Of a stretch of DNA of 64,000 nucleotides, positions 50,698 through 64,000 are shown in pieces (the stretch's first letter is position 1; every line of letters begins with the position of its first letter). The translations under genes and the position numbers were made by a program. Under the pieces are notes generated by a model. That model was given only the letters and a program-made list of their open reading frames with translations. It searched no databases and was not told where the DNA came from. The stretch comes from Centroscyllium fabricii (taxonomy: Eukaryota). Where the stretch lies: positions 168,330,001 through 168,394,000 of the forward strand of contig JBNRSN020000004.1 of NCBI GenBank assembly GCA_051313645.2, written 5' to 3'.

Positions 50698-50943
50698 TGT
50701 TTGGATTTGCCACTTGGACCACTTCCCCACTGGGTTCAGCTGTACAGAAATAGGTAAACTACATGGAAATAAATTTAGGTCATTGGTTTAATGAATTTTT
50801 CATTATGGCTCAGTAATGCACATCACCTATTAATTTACTGCTAATTTAACATGGCAGCTATTAAAGCCACCATAGATAAATCCCATTATTTTCCCTGTAA
50901 TATGCTACATGCTATTAAATTGTCCCAGATGCACTATTTTAGC

Positions 50944-51609
50944 AATAGCAAAATACTGCAGATGCTGGAAATCCGAAATAACAGAAAATGCTGGAAAAAC
51001 TCAGCAGGCCAGGCAACATCGGTGGAGAGAAATATAGAGTCGACCTTTGGGTTAGGACCCTTTGTCAAGACTAAAGCAAGGAAATGAAACCGGTAGGAAG
51101 GCTGGGGGAGCTGGGAGGGAACAAAAGGGTAGAGAGCCAAAGAGAAAAGACATTAAGAGGTATTCAAAAGGAGACGAGATGCTGATGGGGCTGTGGACAG
51201 GAGACCGCTATAGATTAGGTTGAAAAGCACTGGCAGAATGGGAGGCGGCAGCCACGAGAGAGGGAAAAAAAGGCCAAATAAAAGGTGTGGATAAAAATAG
51301 GTAAAAATATAATGGGGGCCGAAGTTATGATCTGAAATTGTTGAACTTGATATTGAGTCCGGAGGGCTGTAAAGTGCCGAATCGGAAGATGAGGTGTTGT
51401 TCCTGGAGTTTATGCTGAGCTTCCAAGGAACAATGTAATAGGCCAAGGACGGAGATCAGAGTGGGAATGAAGCGGAGAATTAAAGTGACAGGCGACCGCA
51501 AGCTCGGGGGTCCCCCTTATGGACTGAATGGAGGTGTTCCGCAAAGCGGTCACCCAATCTGCATTTGGTCTCCCCCAATGTAGAGGAGACCGTGTCGTGA
51601 GCAGCGAAT
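50944..51609 (-). mobile_element. Penelope-like element 3' fragment (GIY-YIG endonuclease remnant plus terminal repeat)
   Basis: GETKCRLGDRFAEHLHSVHKGD; 11-bp TSD ACTATTTTAGC. Confidence 0.8.
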
Positions 51610-52002
51610 ACTATTTTAGCCCTGTTCAAAAAATTAAATGGGATTTGGATTAATATAAAGAGATCATCAGTGGTAGTGGTGTTGTGGGTTTCAGGAATTA
51701 CTGAAAGACAAAATGAGCTAGAAATGGAAAAATAAATCTTTGTGCCAAGTAGAAAAGTAATAGACAAAATATAACTGGCTATGTACCCGATAGTTACTAT
51801 TTATCAGAAATAAAAATTACCCATCCTCATTTGTGCTACTCTAACTTCATATCATCTCTGAAATTACTAAACACTTGGTGAAATTAGTTAATTGGGATTA
51901 GTAAGAATATATATCTAACCCGGGCTCATTATCACCCTCTTCCATCACTTTTAGATCTGACTTATCTATTTTTCTCACCTGAGATCCTCATACCTGCACA
52001 TA

Positions 52003-54910
52003 TCTTGGGAGGTGCTGCCGAAGAAGCCTTTGCAAATTGCTGCAGTGTATCTTGTAGATGGTGTACACTGCAGCCACAGTGGGCAGGTGGTACAGGGAGT
52101 GAAAGTTTGAGCTGGTGGATGGGGGAGCCAATAAAGCGGGCTGCTTTGTCCTGGATGGTGTCCAGCTTCTTGAGTGGTGTTGGAGCTGTACTCATCCAGG
52201 CAAGTGGAGAGTATTCTATCATACTCCTGACTTGTGCCTTGTAGATTGTGGAAAGGCTTTGGAGAGTCAGGAGGTGAGACACTTGCTGTAGAATACCTAG
52301 CCTCTTATCTGCTCTTGTAGCCACAGTATTTATGTGGCTGGTCCAGTTATGTTTCTGGTCAGTGGGGACAACCACCCCCCCCCCCCCCCCCAAAAGGATG
52401 TTGATGGTGGGCGATTTGGTGATGGTAATACTGTTGAGTATCATGGGGCGGTGGTTATACTCTCGCTTGTCAGAGATAGTCATTGCCTGGCACTTGTGTG
52501 GCGCGAATGATACTTGCCACTTATCAGCCCAAGCCTGAATGTCATCCAGGTCTTGCTGCATTCGGATATGGACTGCTTCATTATCTGAGGAGTTGCGAAT
52601 GGAACTGAACACTGTGCAATCATCAGCGAACTGAACACTGTGCAATCATCAGCGAACATCCCCACTTCTGACCTTTATGATAGCGGGAAGGTCATTGATG
52701 AAGCAGCTGAAGATGGTTGGGCCTAGGACACTGCCCTGAGGAACTCCTGCAGCGATGTTGTGGGGCTGAGATGATTGGTCTCCAACAACTACAACCATCT
52801 TCCTTTGTGCTAGGTTTGACTCCAGCCAGTTTTCCCTCTGATTCCCATTGACTTAAATTTTACTTGGGCTCCTTGATGCCACAATCGATCAAATGCTGCC
52901 TTGATGGTCAAGGGCAGTCACTCTCACCTCACGAATTTAGCTCTTCTGTCCATGTTTGGACCAAGGCAATGTAATGAGGTTTACGAGCCGAGTGGTCTTG
53001 GCAGAACCCAAACTGAGCATCGGTGAGCAGGTTATTGGTGAGTAAGTGCTGCTTGATAGCACTGTCGGCAACACCTTCCATCACTTTGCTGATGATTGAG
53101 AGTAGACTGATGGGGTGGTAATTGGTCGGGTTGGATTTGTCCTGCTTTTTGTGGACAGGATATACCTGGGCAGTTTTCCACATTGTCGGGTAGATGCCAG
53201 TGTTGTAGCTGTACTGGAACAGCTTGACTGGAGGCGCAACTAGTTCTGGAGCACATGTCTTCAACACGATAGCCGGGATGTTGTCAGGGCCCATAGGCTT
53301 TGCTGTATCCAGTGCGCTCAGCCATTTCTTGATATCACGTGGAGTGAATTGAATTGGCTGAAGACTGGCTTCTGTGATGGTGGGGACCTCAGGAGGAGGC
53401 CGATATGGATCATCCACTCGGCACTTCTGGCTGAAGATGGTTGCAAACGCTTCAGCCTTGTCTTTTGCACTCGCGTGCTGGGCTCTGTCGTCATTGAGGA
53501 TGGGGATATTCATGAAGCCTCCTTCTCCCGTTAGTTGTTTAATTGTCCTCCACCATTCACGACTGGATGTGGCAGGACTGCAGAGCTTTGATCTGATCCT
53601 TTGACTGTGGGATCGCTTAGCTCTGTCCATAGCATGATGCTTCCGCTGTTTAGCATGAAAGTAGTCCTGTGTTGCAACCTCCCCAGGTTGGCACCTCACT
53701 TTTAGGTGCGCCTGGTGCTGCTCCTGGCATGCTTTTCTGCACTCCTCATTGAACCAGTGTTGTTCCCTTGGCTTGATGGTAATGATAGTGAGAGATATGC
53801 CGGGCTATGAGGTCACAGATTTTGGTGCAATACAATTCTGCTGCTGCTGATGGCCCACAGCGCCTCATGGATGCCCAGTTTTGAGTTGCCAGATCTGTTC
53901 TGAATCTATTCAATTAGCATGGTGGTAGTGCCATGCAACACAATGGAGTGTCCTCGGTGTGAAGATGAGATTTCGTCTCCACAATGACTGTGTGGTGGTC
54001 ACTGCTACCAATGCTGTCATGGACAGATACAGCTGCGACAGGTAGATGGGTGAGGACAAGGTCAAGTAGGTTTTTCCCACCTGCCGCAGGCCCAGTCTGG
54101 CAGCTATATCCCTCAGGACTCTGCCAGCTCGGTCAGTAGTGGTGCTACCGAGCCACTCATGCTGATGGACATTGAAGAGTACATTCTGTGCCCTTGCTTC
54201 CATCCAAGTGGTGTTAAACATGGAAGAGTACTGCTCCATCAGCGGTATGTGGTAATCAGTAGGCGGTTTCCTTGCTTGACCTGAAGCCATGAGACTTCAT
54301 AGGGTCCGGAATCAATGTTAAGGACTCCCAGGGCCACACACTGCCTATTGTATACCACTGTGCTGCCACCTCTGGTGGGTCTGTCCTGCTGGTGGGACAG
54401 GGCATACCCAAGGATGGTGATGGGAGGAATGTGGGACATTGGCTGAAAGGTATGATTGTGAGTTTGACTCCCAATTTTGGCAGAAGTCCGCAGATATCAG
54501 TGAGGAGGACTTTGCAGGGTCGATTTTGCAATTGTCGTGTCCTTAGCTGGTGCCGAGGTTGATGCCAGGTGGTCCGTCCAGTTTTTTTATTCTTGTTTTC
54601 GTAGCGGTTGTGTACAATTGAGTAGCTTGCTAGGCCATTTCAGAGGGCAGTTAAGAGCCAACCACATTGCTGTGGGTCTGGAGTCACATAGGCTAAGGAC
54701 GGCAGATTTCCTTCCCTAATGGACATTAATGAACCAGATGGGTTTTTACGACAATCTGATGGTTTCATGGTTACCGTTACTGATGCTAGCTTTTTATTGC
54801 AGATTTATTTAATGAACTGAATTTAAATTCCCCAGCTGCTGTGGTGGGATTATTAGTCCAGGCCTCTGGGTTGCTAGTCCAATAACATAACCACTATGCT
54901 TCCGTTCCCG
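52003..54910 (-). mobile_element. CR1/L2-clade LINE, endonuclease plus RT, degraded
   Basis: QDRPTRGG, KPMGPDNIPAIVLKTCAPEL, MFADDCT; 26-bp internal tandem duplication near 52602-52656. Confidence 0.9.
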
Positions 54911-56295
54911 GATCATTCTCCTGTCTGAAAATGCAACCAGTTACTTATCCAACCCAAAAATCTGTTCGCAAATCCCACAGAACTCAACCTTATTTAGTAG
55001 CCTGTTGTGTGGCACCTTATCAAAGGTTTTTTTGAATATCAAACAAGCTACCTTGTATCCGCCAACCTTGTAACTTACTCAAAAGAAATTCAGGTAGGTT
55101 GGTGAGACACTGCTTTCTTTTCCACAAGCCATGTTGAGATTGTCTAATAATCCCTTCTGTCAAGGTAGTCGTACGCTGTATCTGTCTAATCAGCCAAACT
55201 TGCTATGAGTCCCACCATGGCAATATGTGAAACTGAATTATATAAATCTGGTCATTTGTAGTCAGACACAGGAAAAATTACACTGAAAGCTGCCAGATTG
55301 TCGTCAAAACCCTTACCAAGTCTGGCTTACGTGTGACGCTCAGCCACACTGCGTTTGACTCTTAACAGAATTAGTGTAGCAAGCCTTTCAGTTGTACAAA
55401 CAATAGCTACTTATAAAGAAAGCCCATCACCACCTTCACAGGGCAGATAGGGATGGGCAATAAAAGTGGCCTTGCCATCATCGCCCATATCCCAAGAACA
55501 AATAAATTAAAAAGCACAATCGGAAGAATCCGTACAATTTTAGGAACCCCATTAGAAGTAAAGTAAAAAAGCAATGGAAAAAGATGCAGTGTAGGTTCAG
55601 TGGTATGTTACCAGAAATGTGGATCACAGTCATGAAGAGACTTGAGAAGTTGGGACCTTTTAAGGGATGATTTGATGGGGATCCTTGAGGTTCTGAAGGT
55701 TCTAATTAAATGATGGTTTGCTTTCACTGGTCAGCAAGACAATAAGAGCAGAAATTTAAGATGATCATAAAAAGACTTAAAGGGGAGGTGACACAAAACT
55801 CTTTACACGGAGATTTAGAAATTTCTTATAGCAGTCTTTAAATTCTGTTAAAATGACACTAGTTGCTTGAAAAGAGATTGAAAGGCATGGGGGTGAGGAG
55901 GAAAGTGGGATTAAACATGGAGGAAAAGCACTAGCACAGATTTGGGCTGAATGGACTGTTTTTGGACTGTTACATTCTATGATGCAACTAGCACAAGACA
56001 AACGTCATTACCTTTTGGGCAGGGTGATGGGCGGTGAATACTGGAATGCCTTGTTTCATCTGGTAGTTAGGATGGAAACTTACTTAGTTGGTGACTGCCA
56101 ACCCAGGAACCTAGACTTGAACTTTTTGGTTTAGAATCAACTGCATGAGCTACTTGATTGCTTCATAATTTCAAAAGGTTTTTTTGTTCTTGTCTTCTTC
56201 CATCCTCTTTACCCCTTCTGTTCTATTTTACTGAAATAAATGTTGTTTTTCTACTATGAATCACTTTTACTGGGCTGATTTCAGACACCTTAAGC

Positions 56296-56422
56296 CTGTG
56301 GTCCATGAAAACAAAAATTATCACGTGTACCTCGTATGTATCATTTGATGCACGTTGTGGTCCGCAAAAGCTTTTGATGACAATGTAGTGGTCCACATAA
56401 AGGAAAAGGGTGGTAACCTCTG
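56296..56422. mobile_element. hAT MITE remnant
   Basis: CCTTAAGC on both sides; right end GGTAACCTCTG; repeated GTGGTCC; left TIR missing. Confidence 0.45.
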
Positions 56423-56431
56423 CCTTAAGCT

Positions 56432-56590
56432 ATAACAAAAGCAAAATACTGTGGATCCTGGAAATCTGAAATTAAACAGAAAATCACCAGTTCTGACGAA
56501 GGGTCGTCAACCTGAAACGTTAATTCTGTTTCCTTCTCCACATATGCTGCCTGACCTGCTGCGTATTTCCAGCGTTTTCTGTTTTTATTA
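56432..56590 (+). mobile_element. Penelope-like terminal repeat with hammerhead motif
   Basis: CTGACGA-AGGGTCGTCAACCT-GAAACGTT; homologous to 14607-14780. Confidence 0.72.
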
Positions 56591-56637
56591 CCTTAAACTG
56601 ACCACAACTAAACTTATAGCTTAACATGCTGGACAAT

Positions 56638-57321
56638 GGCCCAGATTTTCCGGGGCCTATGACCATGTACGCGGTACATACGTGGCTGTTAGTGCCCCGC
56701 AAGTGCCGGGTTTCCGCATGCGCAAAAACCTGGAACTTGTGATCTATCACGTTTCAGCTTGACCAATCGGCCGCATCCCTGGGAAATGGACATTCGTTGG
56801 CAGAGAGTTGGGCTATTTGCCCAACTACTGCACAGCAAATGCCCAGGAAACTCTTAATGCCTGGTTAAAAAAAAGCAGGTATAGGGCCACTTTCTACTAG
56901 CCTAAGAGTTTAAATAAATATTGATACAATTCTTTTAACATTAAAAAACTTTGTTATAGGTTATTTTTACCTCCTTTAAAATGTTTAAATTTATTCAAAA
57001 TTAAGTTTTTGTTTTAAATGTTTGATTTAATTATATTAACTGGTGTGTAATTGTGTTTTTTAGGGGATTCCTATTCATGCTTATGGGGATTCCGAACATA
57101 AATGGAATCCCCCTAAGCATAATGGATCCCCTTTTTGATTGGTTGGCCTGGCCCATGTGAACCGCATGTGCCCCTGGGATACATGGGCCTTTATGCATGC
57201 GCACACGTAAAGGCCCAGGAGCGTGAGTCTACAAACCTCTGGGACCATCAGGTAGGTTTGTACTTTTATTGCGGTTCGGAGGCATTCGCCCACAGGAAGC
57301 CTCCAACCGCAAATTCTTGCC
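56638..57321. mobile_element. Harbinger-like MITE, family of 3055-4345
   Basis: GGCCCAGATTTT ... AAATTCTTGCC; TSD AAT. Confidence 0.72.
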
Positions 57322-57400
57322 AATCTGGTACAGTATCTCCCTTTCTTCCCATTTCCAATTCTAATCTTTACTGCTACTGCTTTTGTCATTTTCCCCACAG

Positions 57401-57497
57401 GGATCACCATGAGTGTCCCGTGTCCGCATGTACCTGTAAGTGCATGCAGTTGGATACAACAGGAAATCTAATCCCAGCAGAAACATCCCACAGCTAA
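57401..57497 (+). CDS. MIOS: MIOS last coding exon (97 nt incl. TAA)
   Basis: (R)[31 protein letters not shown]; acceptor ttttccccacag. Confidence 0.95.
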
Positions 57498-58579
57498 AAA
57501 GAGACAAGAATCTAAAGCACTGCTTTCTAATTGTCCTTCAAAAGCTCCGTGTGCACCTTCTGCCACCGAGCACACACCGCTCTCAAAGTAATGAAAAAAA
57601 TAAATTGTTCCATTAATTTGACAATTTGATGTGCATGATATATACCCAGGTATAGCAGAAATGAGCCTATTTATGTCATGTTTTAGGAGCTGGTTCAGTT
57701 CATTTCAAGAAGTTCCTGGAGCCAACTTGGGATTCTGAGCATCATCCAGGAAATGTCCTGGATGATGCTGAACAGTCCTTGAACCTGCCGCTATAATATT
57801 GGTTCATTTCTATACTGTCTGTCTCTAGCAGTAAAGCCATTTTAGCTAAAACACATGAAAAATTAGACTTGATGCTCTCAAAATATGAGACTTTAACAAA
57901 GACTGCTTGGATTCACATTGTAAAAATTATAAGTTTCCGTTTTTTCAATTCCAGGAAATTAGAATTGATGTATAATGTAGCTTGGCATTAAGCAAAAGAC
58001 TAGAGACTGGAGTATTATTGCATCAATATGATTGGTTTCTCTCTACATTCTGCTGAATTGCCACATAATTCTAAATGTCAAAGAGGAATATCTGTACACT
58101 TACTGAAGTGCCTCAGTAACCTCTGGTCCTGTTTCTTACATTACTGATTTGTTACATTTTCTCTTCCTGTGATATTGTAAAGATTGTAGCCTATGATTCA
58201 CTACCTTTATTAAATTCAGTAGAGCATACCATCTTAATTTCCATGCAAATATATTGAGGAATATGGTCCCTAATTGAAGCAATAACTGTTTAGGCAACTG
58301 TTAATTAATGTGTGAAATCAGATTGAACTTGACAATTTAACTATGTGAAATCTAATGTGGCCTTGGCTGTGTTGGTAGTGAAACTTTGTCAAATAAATTA
58401 TATAGTAATGTGCAAAAAATATTGAGACATGTATTAATTTACTTTAAAAGGAATTGTAAAAAATGTAATACTCATCTTGCACATAATTTGTAAACTGCAT
58501 TTACTGTTCATATTGGTGCTTCTGATATTTGCTGTGTGTGTGCCTAAAACCAAAGGTGTTCTATTTTCATTGGTTTCAC

Positions 58580-58597
58580 AATAAATTTGTAAATAAA
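58580..58597 (+). terminator. Candidate MIOS polyadenylation signals (two AATAAA)
   Basis: AATAAA at 58580 and 58592 followed by GT/T-rich sequence, about 1.1 kb after the stop. Confidence 0.55.
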
Positions 58598-59136
58598 GTG
58601 TGCACATTTGTATCACCGGTGTTTTCCTTCTGCAAAAAAAGCCTACAGCTCTGACCCAATTATTTAGAAGTTTGTAGTTTTTTTGTGCTTTTACTATTTT
58701 TCCTCATCATTATGGAATGTCAACAATGAGGTGAAGTGGGCATCTGGGCTTTGAGATGAGGTCACTCATGCAAGTAAAAATTGATTATAATTGCTGAACC
58801 TCAAGATGGCACTGTATAATTTGTAGCCAATTAAAAATAATCTAGCCAAATTTATATTTAATAAAATTTAAACCAGTTGATGAGTGTAAACTTGGATGGA
58901 GATTTTTTTTTGTTGAAAAACCTAAAGTGAAAAGCTGATGCCCACCAATGTTAATAAAATAGAATAGGTAAACCAGAAAATAGTGATTAGATTATGCCAA
59001 ACTTCAACCTGAAGACTGTAGCAGGCAAAAATTAGAGTTCCATAATTTTGAGGTCCCAAGAGAGAATGATACAGAAAGCTTCTGAATCTTGATCAACAGT
59101 TAGGATTGTTTGGGTGGGATGGAAAGTTAAAATAAA

Positions 59137-59230
59137 ATTGAGGTTGGGATCAGATCAGCCATGATCTTGTTGAATGGCGGAGCAGGCTCGAGGGGCCGAT
59201 TGGCCTACTCCTGCTCCTATTTCTTATGTT
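59137..59230 (+). mobile_element. CR1 3' tail fragment
   Basis: GATCAGCCATGATC...GGCCTACTCCTGCTCCTATTTCTTATG. Confidence 0.75.
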
Positions 59231-59599
59231 AGGACACGGAGGAGGGGGGAGTGTGTGTTAAGTACAGTATATAATCGGTACTGACCGTGAAGAAACAATT
59301 TGCCATATTAAGTGCCATTTCCTGTCTCTCAACATTTCATCGCCAATAAACTAGTGCATCAACACTATCTTTTTGCATATATCCTTTTTATTCAGCTAAG
59401 AAACCAAGAATTTTGATTTAGAAATGGAAAATAAAATTGTCTTGTGCAGCATTCAATGGATATTTTTATCCTTGCTCTCATTTGTGTTAACTAACTTTGC
59501 TTCAAGTTTTTTTTTGTCCCAAGGTCAGTGGTTCAATTACCCATCCCTCCCCTTCACAATTCATCAGCCAAGACAAACTTCCAAATCTCTGCTGGACAA

Positions 59600-59865
59600 G
59601 GAGGCACCACTTTAAGATTAGAGCGAGTCCATTCACGTGAAATCTGGAAACATTGTTTCACACAACGGGGACCAGAAATATGAAACACTCTCAGGCTGCG
59701 GCTGGCAGATAACAGGAATTTTCAAAACCCAGATCAACAGACTTTTCTAGTAAGGGTATCAAGGCATATAGATCAAAGGCAGGTAAATAGAGTTGAGGTA
59801 CACATTGCCTATGATCTGATAGAATTGTGGACCAGGCTTGAGGGGCTGAACAGCCTACTCCATCA
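59600..59865 (+). mobile_element. Old CR1 3' fragment
   Basis: Degenerate match to CR1 3' end. Confidence 0.55.
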
Positions 59866-62800
59866 CAAAGGCTGCCCCCTTCCAGCTATGGGAATAACTA
59901 ATCATAAATAATTGCTCCGTACAACCAATCAATTCAAAAAGGTGAGCTGGTCAAATCATTCCAAATGATTTTTGGAAAACATTGTCCAATTTCCTCAATC
60001 ACTGAAATTTCTTATGCCCAAAGTAAGGTTTGTAACAAGACATTTTTAAAAAATTCCAGTAACAGTGTAATTTGTCTGTTTTCACTTGAAGCCCTCAGCT
60101 GCTCAGGCCAGAACTTAGACTTGATATTTTTGTACTGTAGTCTGAGCACATGCAGTGTGCATAATTTCCAGTGCATTTTCTTAGTCCAAATAGTATGTTT
60201 CTCGTCAGCCCCTTGACACCATCGGTTTGGTTGTTTTTCAAAAGCAGGGCAAATTTCAAGTTTAAGTATTTATATAAACTGAGAAAAAATAATTATTTCA
60301 AATGGAAACTTGTTTAAACATCAGAAAGCATATCAAGCAGAGACATTCTTTTCTCAGTTCAAAAATTTAATTTTGAAAGCTTTACAGGCAAAAAGTAAAG
60401 CTCTCACTATCAACGCCTGTATTGATGGCTAGAATAAACAAAGGATAGCTGTGAAGCACAAACCTGCAGCCATCCAGGAACCAATCACAGATCTGTGTAG
60501 TACAAGCAAAATTTGACTTATTTGGTTAATTGAAATCAGTGGTCATGTCATGCATACATGGCATCATACCCCAGTGTTAGGAAACAATATATCCTGCTTG
60601 AGTAATGTCACATTTAGACCTAGCTTGAAGTGAAATTGTACTTCTTTTCTGCAGTTTCCTAACTGCTGGAGGCATTGAGAAATGAGGTGCTTCTCTTCCC
60701 CCGCCTCTCCAACAGCAAGTCACTCGGCACCATATCAGACAACACCCTGCAGGTCAGGGCTAGAAGAATATGCTCATGTCTACATCTATCATTTGGAGAG
60801 AGAAAAAAGGGTTAGTGAAAGTTTTGGGGTGCAACAAGAGTGCAAGAATCTTGTACCAGTTACTCATGCCTGCTCCACAATTAACCATCTTGCTTTTATT
60901 TTTATAAATGCATGCATTGTTACTGGTAACAGCCTGGAAGAAGCCTTTCATGTGGTCAGGTCAGATAAATGAAGGGGTAAAGCAGCATAATAGGAAAACT
61001 ACTCCCATAAGTTTTTTAAATATTTTATCAAATGTTAGGAGCATGGATATTTGTCATGCAACAGACTTAGCCAGCCACTAACTCAACTAGTTTATGGTAT
61101 TTATCATGATGGCTGTTGCTCAGCTGATGTAGTAGAGCTGTTTATTAAGATGCCTTTACTTTGCTTGTCCAGTTTCAGAGAACAGCACTATACCAGCCTC
61201 CTGCCATCATTCTCCCATCTTTACTTTCCCAAACTGCACCACTCTAAGATGCTATTTGGAAACACAGGAATCAATTTAATGAGCATATGCACAATATGAC
61301 AACTTCATTACAGTCCCCACCACAGCCTGAAGATGTATGCCCTACATTTGAACATTTTGCAGGCCAGAAGTAGACAAATAAAGCAGCAATTCACAAGTAC
61401 CAAAAAAAAGTTGGTCTTTGCCAATGCTCAAAAGAGGTAAGTAGAGCCATTCATATTTCTGAGTACAGAGACACAGGCTGCATTCTAATAAGTGTTCTGA
61501 CCTAATGATGCCACCAATGCTGTTTTAGAATGTTTGCTTTTTTAACTTGGACTGCAGGGAACCATTATGAAGCTAATTTATTTTGACTTGTTATAATCCA
61601 TTTTCTGAAACTTGAAATAGTTTTAAACTTCTACATTTGACTGATTTTCTTCCTTGCAGGTAAGGTACTACAATTTGTCAGCCTCAATTATAAAGCAAAA
61701 TAAAAATTCCTGGAGTGCTGAGCTCTGACCTCACCTGTTTAATTTATCATTCAACAAACACATTCTGAAGTGATGGGTTTTGCAACATTTTAGAAAATAT
61801 ATAAAAGCATAAATTTCCACATTACACCTTTATCTTTCACTTAAGTTAACAGATCAATATTCACGACCAGTAGCTGGCTTGTACTGACAAGTCCAATAAT
61901 TGAGGATAAATCATATTGGAGTTCTATTGGCTAGTAGAGATCTTGTCTTCCAAATCATACTGGTTCTTCACATGGTGATATGAGGAAATCAACTGCTGCC
62001 CGTCACACTAAATGGATAGTACTGTGGAAATTCATGCAAGATGCGCAGGGCTTCATTGTAAAGGCTGAGATCTAAAAAACAAAAGGTAGAAGGAAAAAAT
62101 TAGTCTAGCCAAGTATCAGTAGAGCCTAAATAATTACACCTGAAAAAGTGCAGATAGCTGTACCACTATGTCACTATTGGTTAATCAATAAATTGAAATG
62201 TAACGATCAGCACCTCTTTTAAACTTGCATTTATTTAAACACCTTATCACATCTTCAAAAGTTCCAAAGTACATTGCCACAAATGAATTGTTTTTTGAAA
62301 CAGTTATGTAGGCAAAGGTAGACAACAGGTCCAACAAACAGGGAATGAATGACCAGATAATCTGTATATTGGTGGTGTTGGTTAAGAAAGAAATGTCAAA
62401 TGTCAGTCAGAAGACACAACTCCCTGCTCTTCGGCACTATACCATCATATATGCTATATTGTACCATCAGGTTCCACACCCTTCATACATGTATTCTACC
62501 AGATAACAAAAAAACTAAAATATTTTACACAGGAGAATGCAAAGATAATCAAGCAGTGAATGTATATTAGCCATTAAATTTCTTTATTGACATTGCAAAG
62601 CTCTCATGGTTTATTAATTTGAACCTCATTACATCTGAATGGTACAGATTGGATATGAGATGACAGTAAAGATAGTCCAGTTCAGAAGCCTGTCAATCAC
62701 AGACATGATGCTGGAGGCAGAAAATTAAAATTTCAAGCTGGTTTATTAAATGTAAAGAGGTATTAAAAAAACACCCATCTTAGAATGTCAAATGAATTCT

Positions 62801-64000
62801 TGACTTGTACCTTTTCTGTAAACTGAGCTTGTAAAATATTCAAACCATTGCCTCGTATCACAGTAACTTCAGGTTGCTCAGCATTTGACAGCATTTATAC
62901 AATCCACACACGTCTAGTGTTGCACTTGTAGCCTTAAAACAGACCTAGCCCATTATTTTTATAGATACACAAATATTCACATTGCTGGTTGCAGATTGTT
63001 TTGATTCAAAAAAATTCAGAGACTATTTTAAACTTAGATTCAGACAAAAACTAGTCCCTGCCTTTTAAAAGTTATCCTGTATGGGACCACTTGATGCTAA
63101 GTTTTTAGGAAAAACACGGTTTGTGAGTGGCTAGTTATACAGGTATATAGTTTCATTATACCAAGTAGCAAGTGGGTGCAAGTGCAACTCAAATGCAAAT
63201 GCAGATACACTGATGACAAACTAGCTTTAATCCAACTTTTTTTTTTTTTACACACAATTTAAAAGGTCAGTTATTTTTTTCTCAATTCCAGATCACTGCA
63301 GGGATTATCTTTAACAGAGCACCCTAATATAGATTATTCGCCTGAAGTGTTTACTGGATTACGCATGGCCATCGAAGAAATGATGGATGGAGGATGAAGC
63401 AATTCCCAAGTGGTCTGTAGCAATCAATCACTAAACGGCTACCATCCTTGAGGCTTTAAGGATTGAATTTTTTGAGATTAAACTGCAATATTGAGTTATG
63501 TACTCAAAACACTCCAATAACTTTCTGAATTTATAACACCCCCCAGCATTTTAGATGTTACCACATTGAGAATTACCTAGGTCAAAATTGACCTCTGAGA
63601 GCAGCAGTGCAAGTTCCAATCGGATATAGCTTAAAAAACAGCAATTATAAACCTTTCCCTACAGGAACTGCGACCATTTTAGATGTCTGGTAACCACAAC
63701 TGCTACAGATTCTCTGCTATAGATTGCAAACATGCTGGAATCGCAGACAAGCCAAACCGATAAACTGGAATAGCAAAGGACTCATCACATATTACATGTA
63801 AATATGGCAATTGTCAAGTAGATTTTCTATTCTTCAGTGATGAAGTGCAACTTGACAAAAAGCATTAAGAGGGAATTAAAATTTCAGGAAAATTGAAATT
63901 CATTTTATATCCCAACTAGCAAATGCTATGAAGTATGAATACCCAAGACTTTCTGAAGCTGGAGACAATGCACTCAAAGGTTTCTAGGAGAATTACTATT

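Noticed and set aside
57738-57769. SECIS or pre-miRNA interpretation of the hairpin
   Set aside because: MIOS has no in-frame TGA and the stem lacks SECIS geometry; too short for a pre-miRNA
59379-59388. ATATCCTTTT U12-donor-like motif
   Set aside because: Downstream of the candidate poly(A) signals with no associated exon; likely chance
60600-64000. Exons or 3'UTR of a downstream - strand gene (RPA3 follows MIOS in human)
   Set aside because: An acceptor-like site near 60790 and TTTATT near 62583 exist, but no translation matched RPA3 or any protein I recognise

Overview
Vertebrate genomic DNA, most likely a cartilaginous fish (shark-type V-SINE/HE1, Deu-SINE, CR1 and Penelope repeats). 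The window holds the whole coding region of MIOS (GATOR2 subunit) on the + strand: 10 coding exons from 1238 to 57497, 2637 nt (878 aa plus stop). The first coding intron is a minor-spliceosome AT-AC intron (2535-7789). The introns are packed with LINEs, SINEs, a Gypsy remnant, Penelope fragments with hammerhead motifs, and non-autonomous DNA transposons. The main surprise is a set of DNA transposons carrying what look like captured 5' ends of host genes (Pack-MULE-like). A hAT-like element at 31198-37020 contains QKI coding exon 1 with its native splice donor, the N-terminal coding sequence of TBC1D8, and further exon-plus-donor pieces, all in one orientation. Three TA-flanked Tigger-like MITEs and a second hAT element carry similar first-exon-like cargo. 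That second hAT element inserted exactly on a MIOS splice donor and now supplies part of it. One MIOS acceptor is tandemly duplicated, and the upstream copy leads to a premature stop. Repeat boundaries without a stated TSD/TIR are approximate. Gene and family names come from recognition by eye, not database searches.
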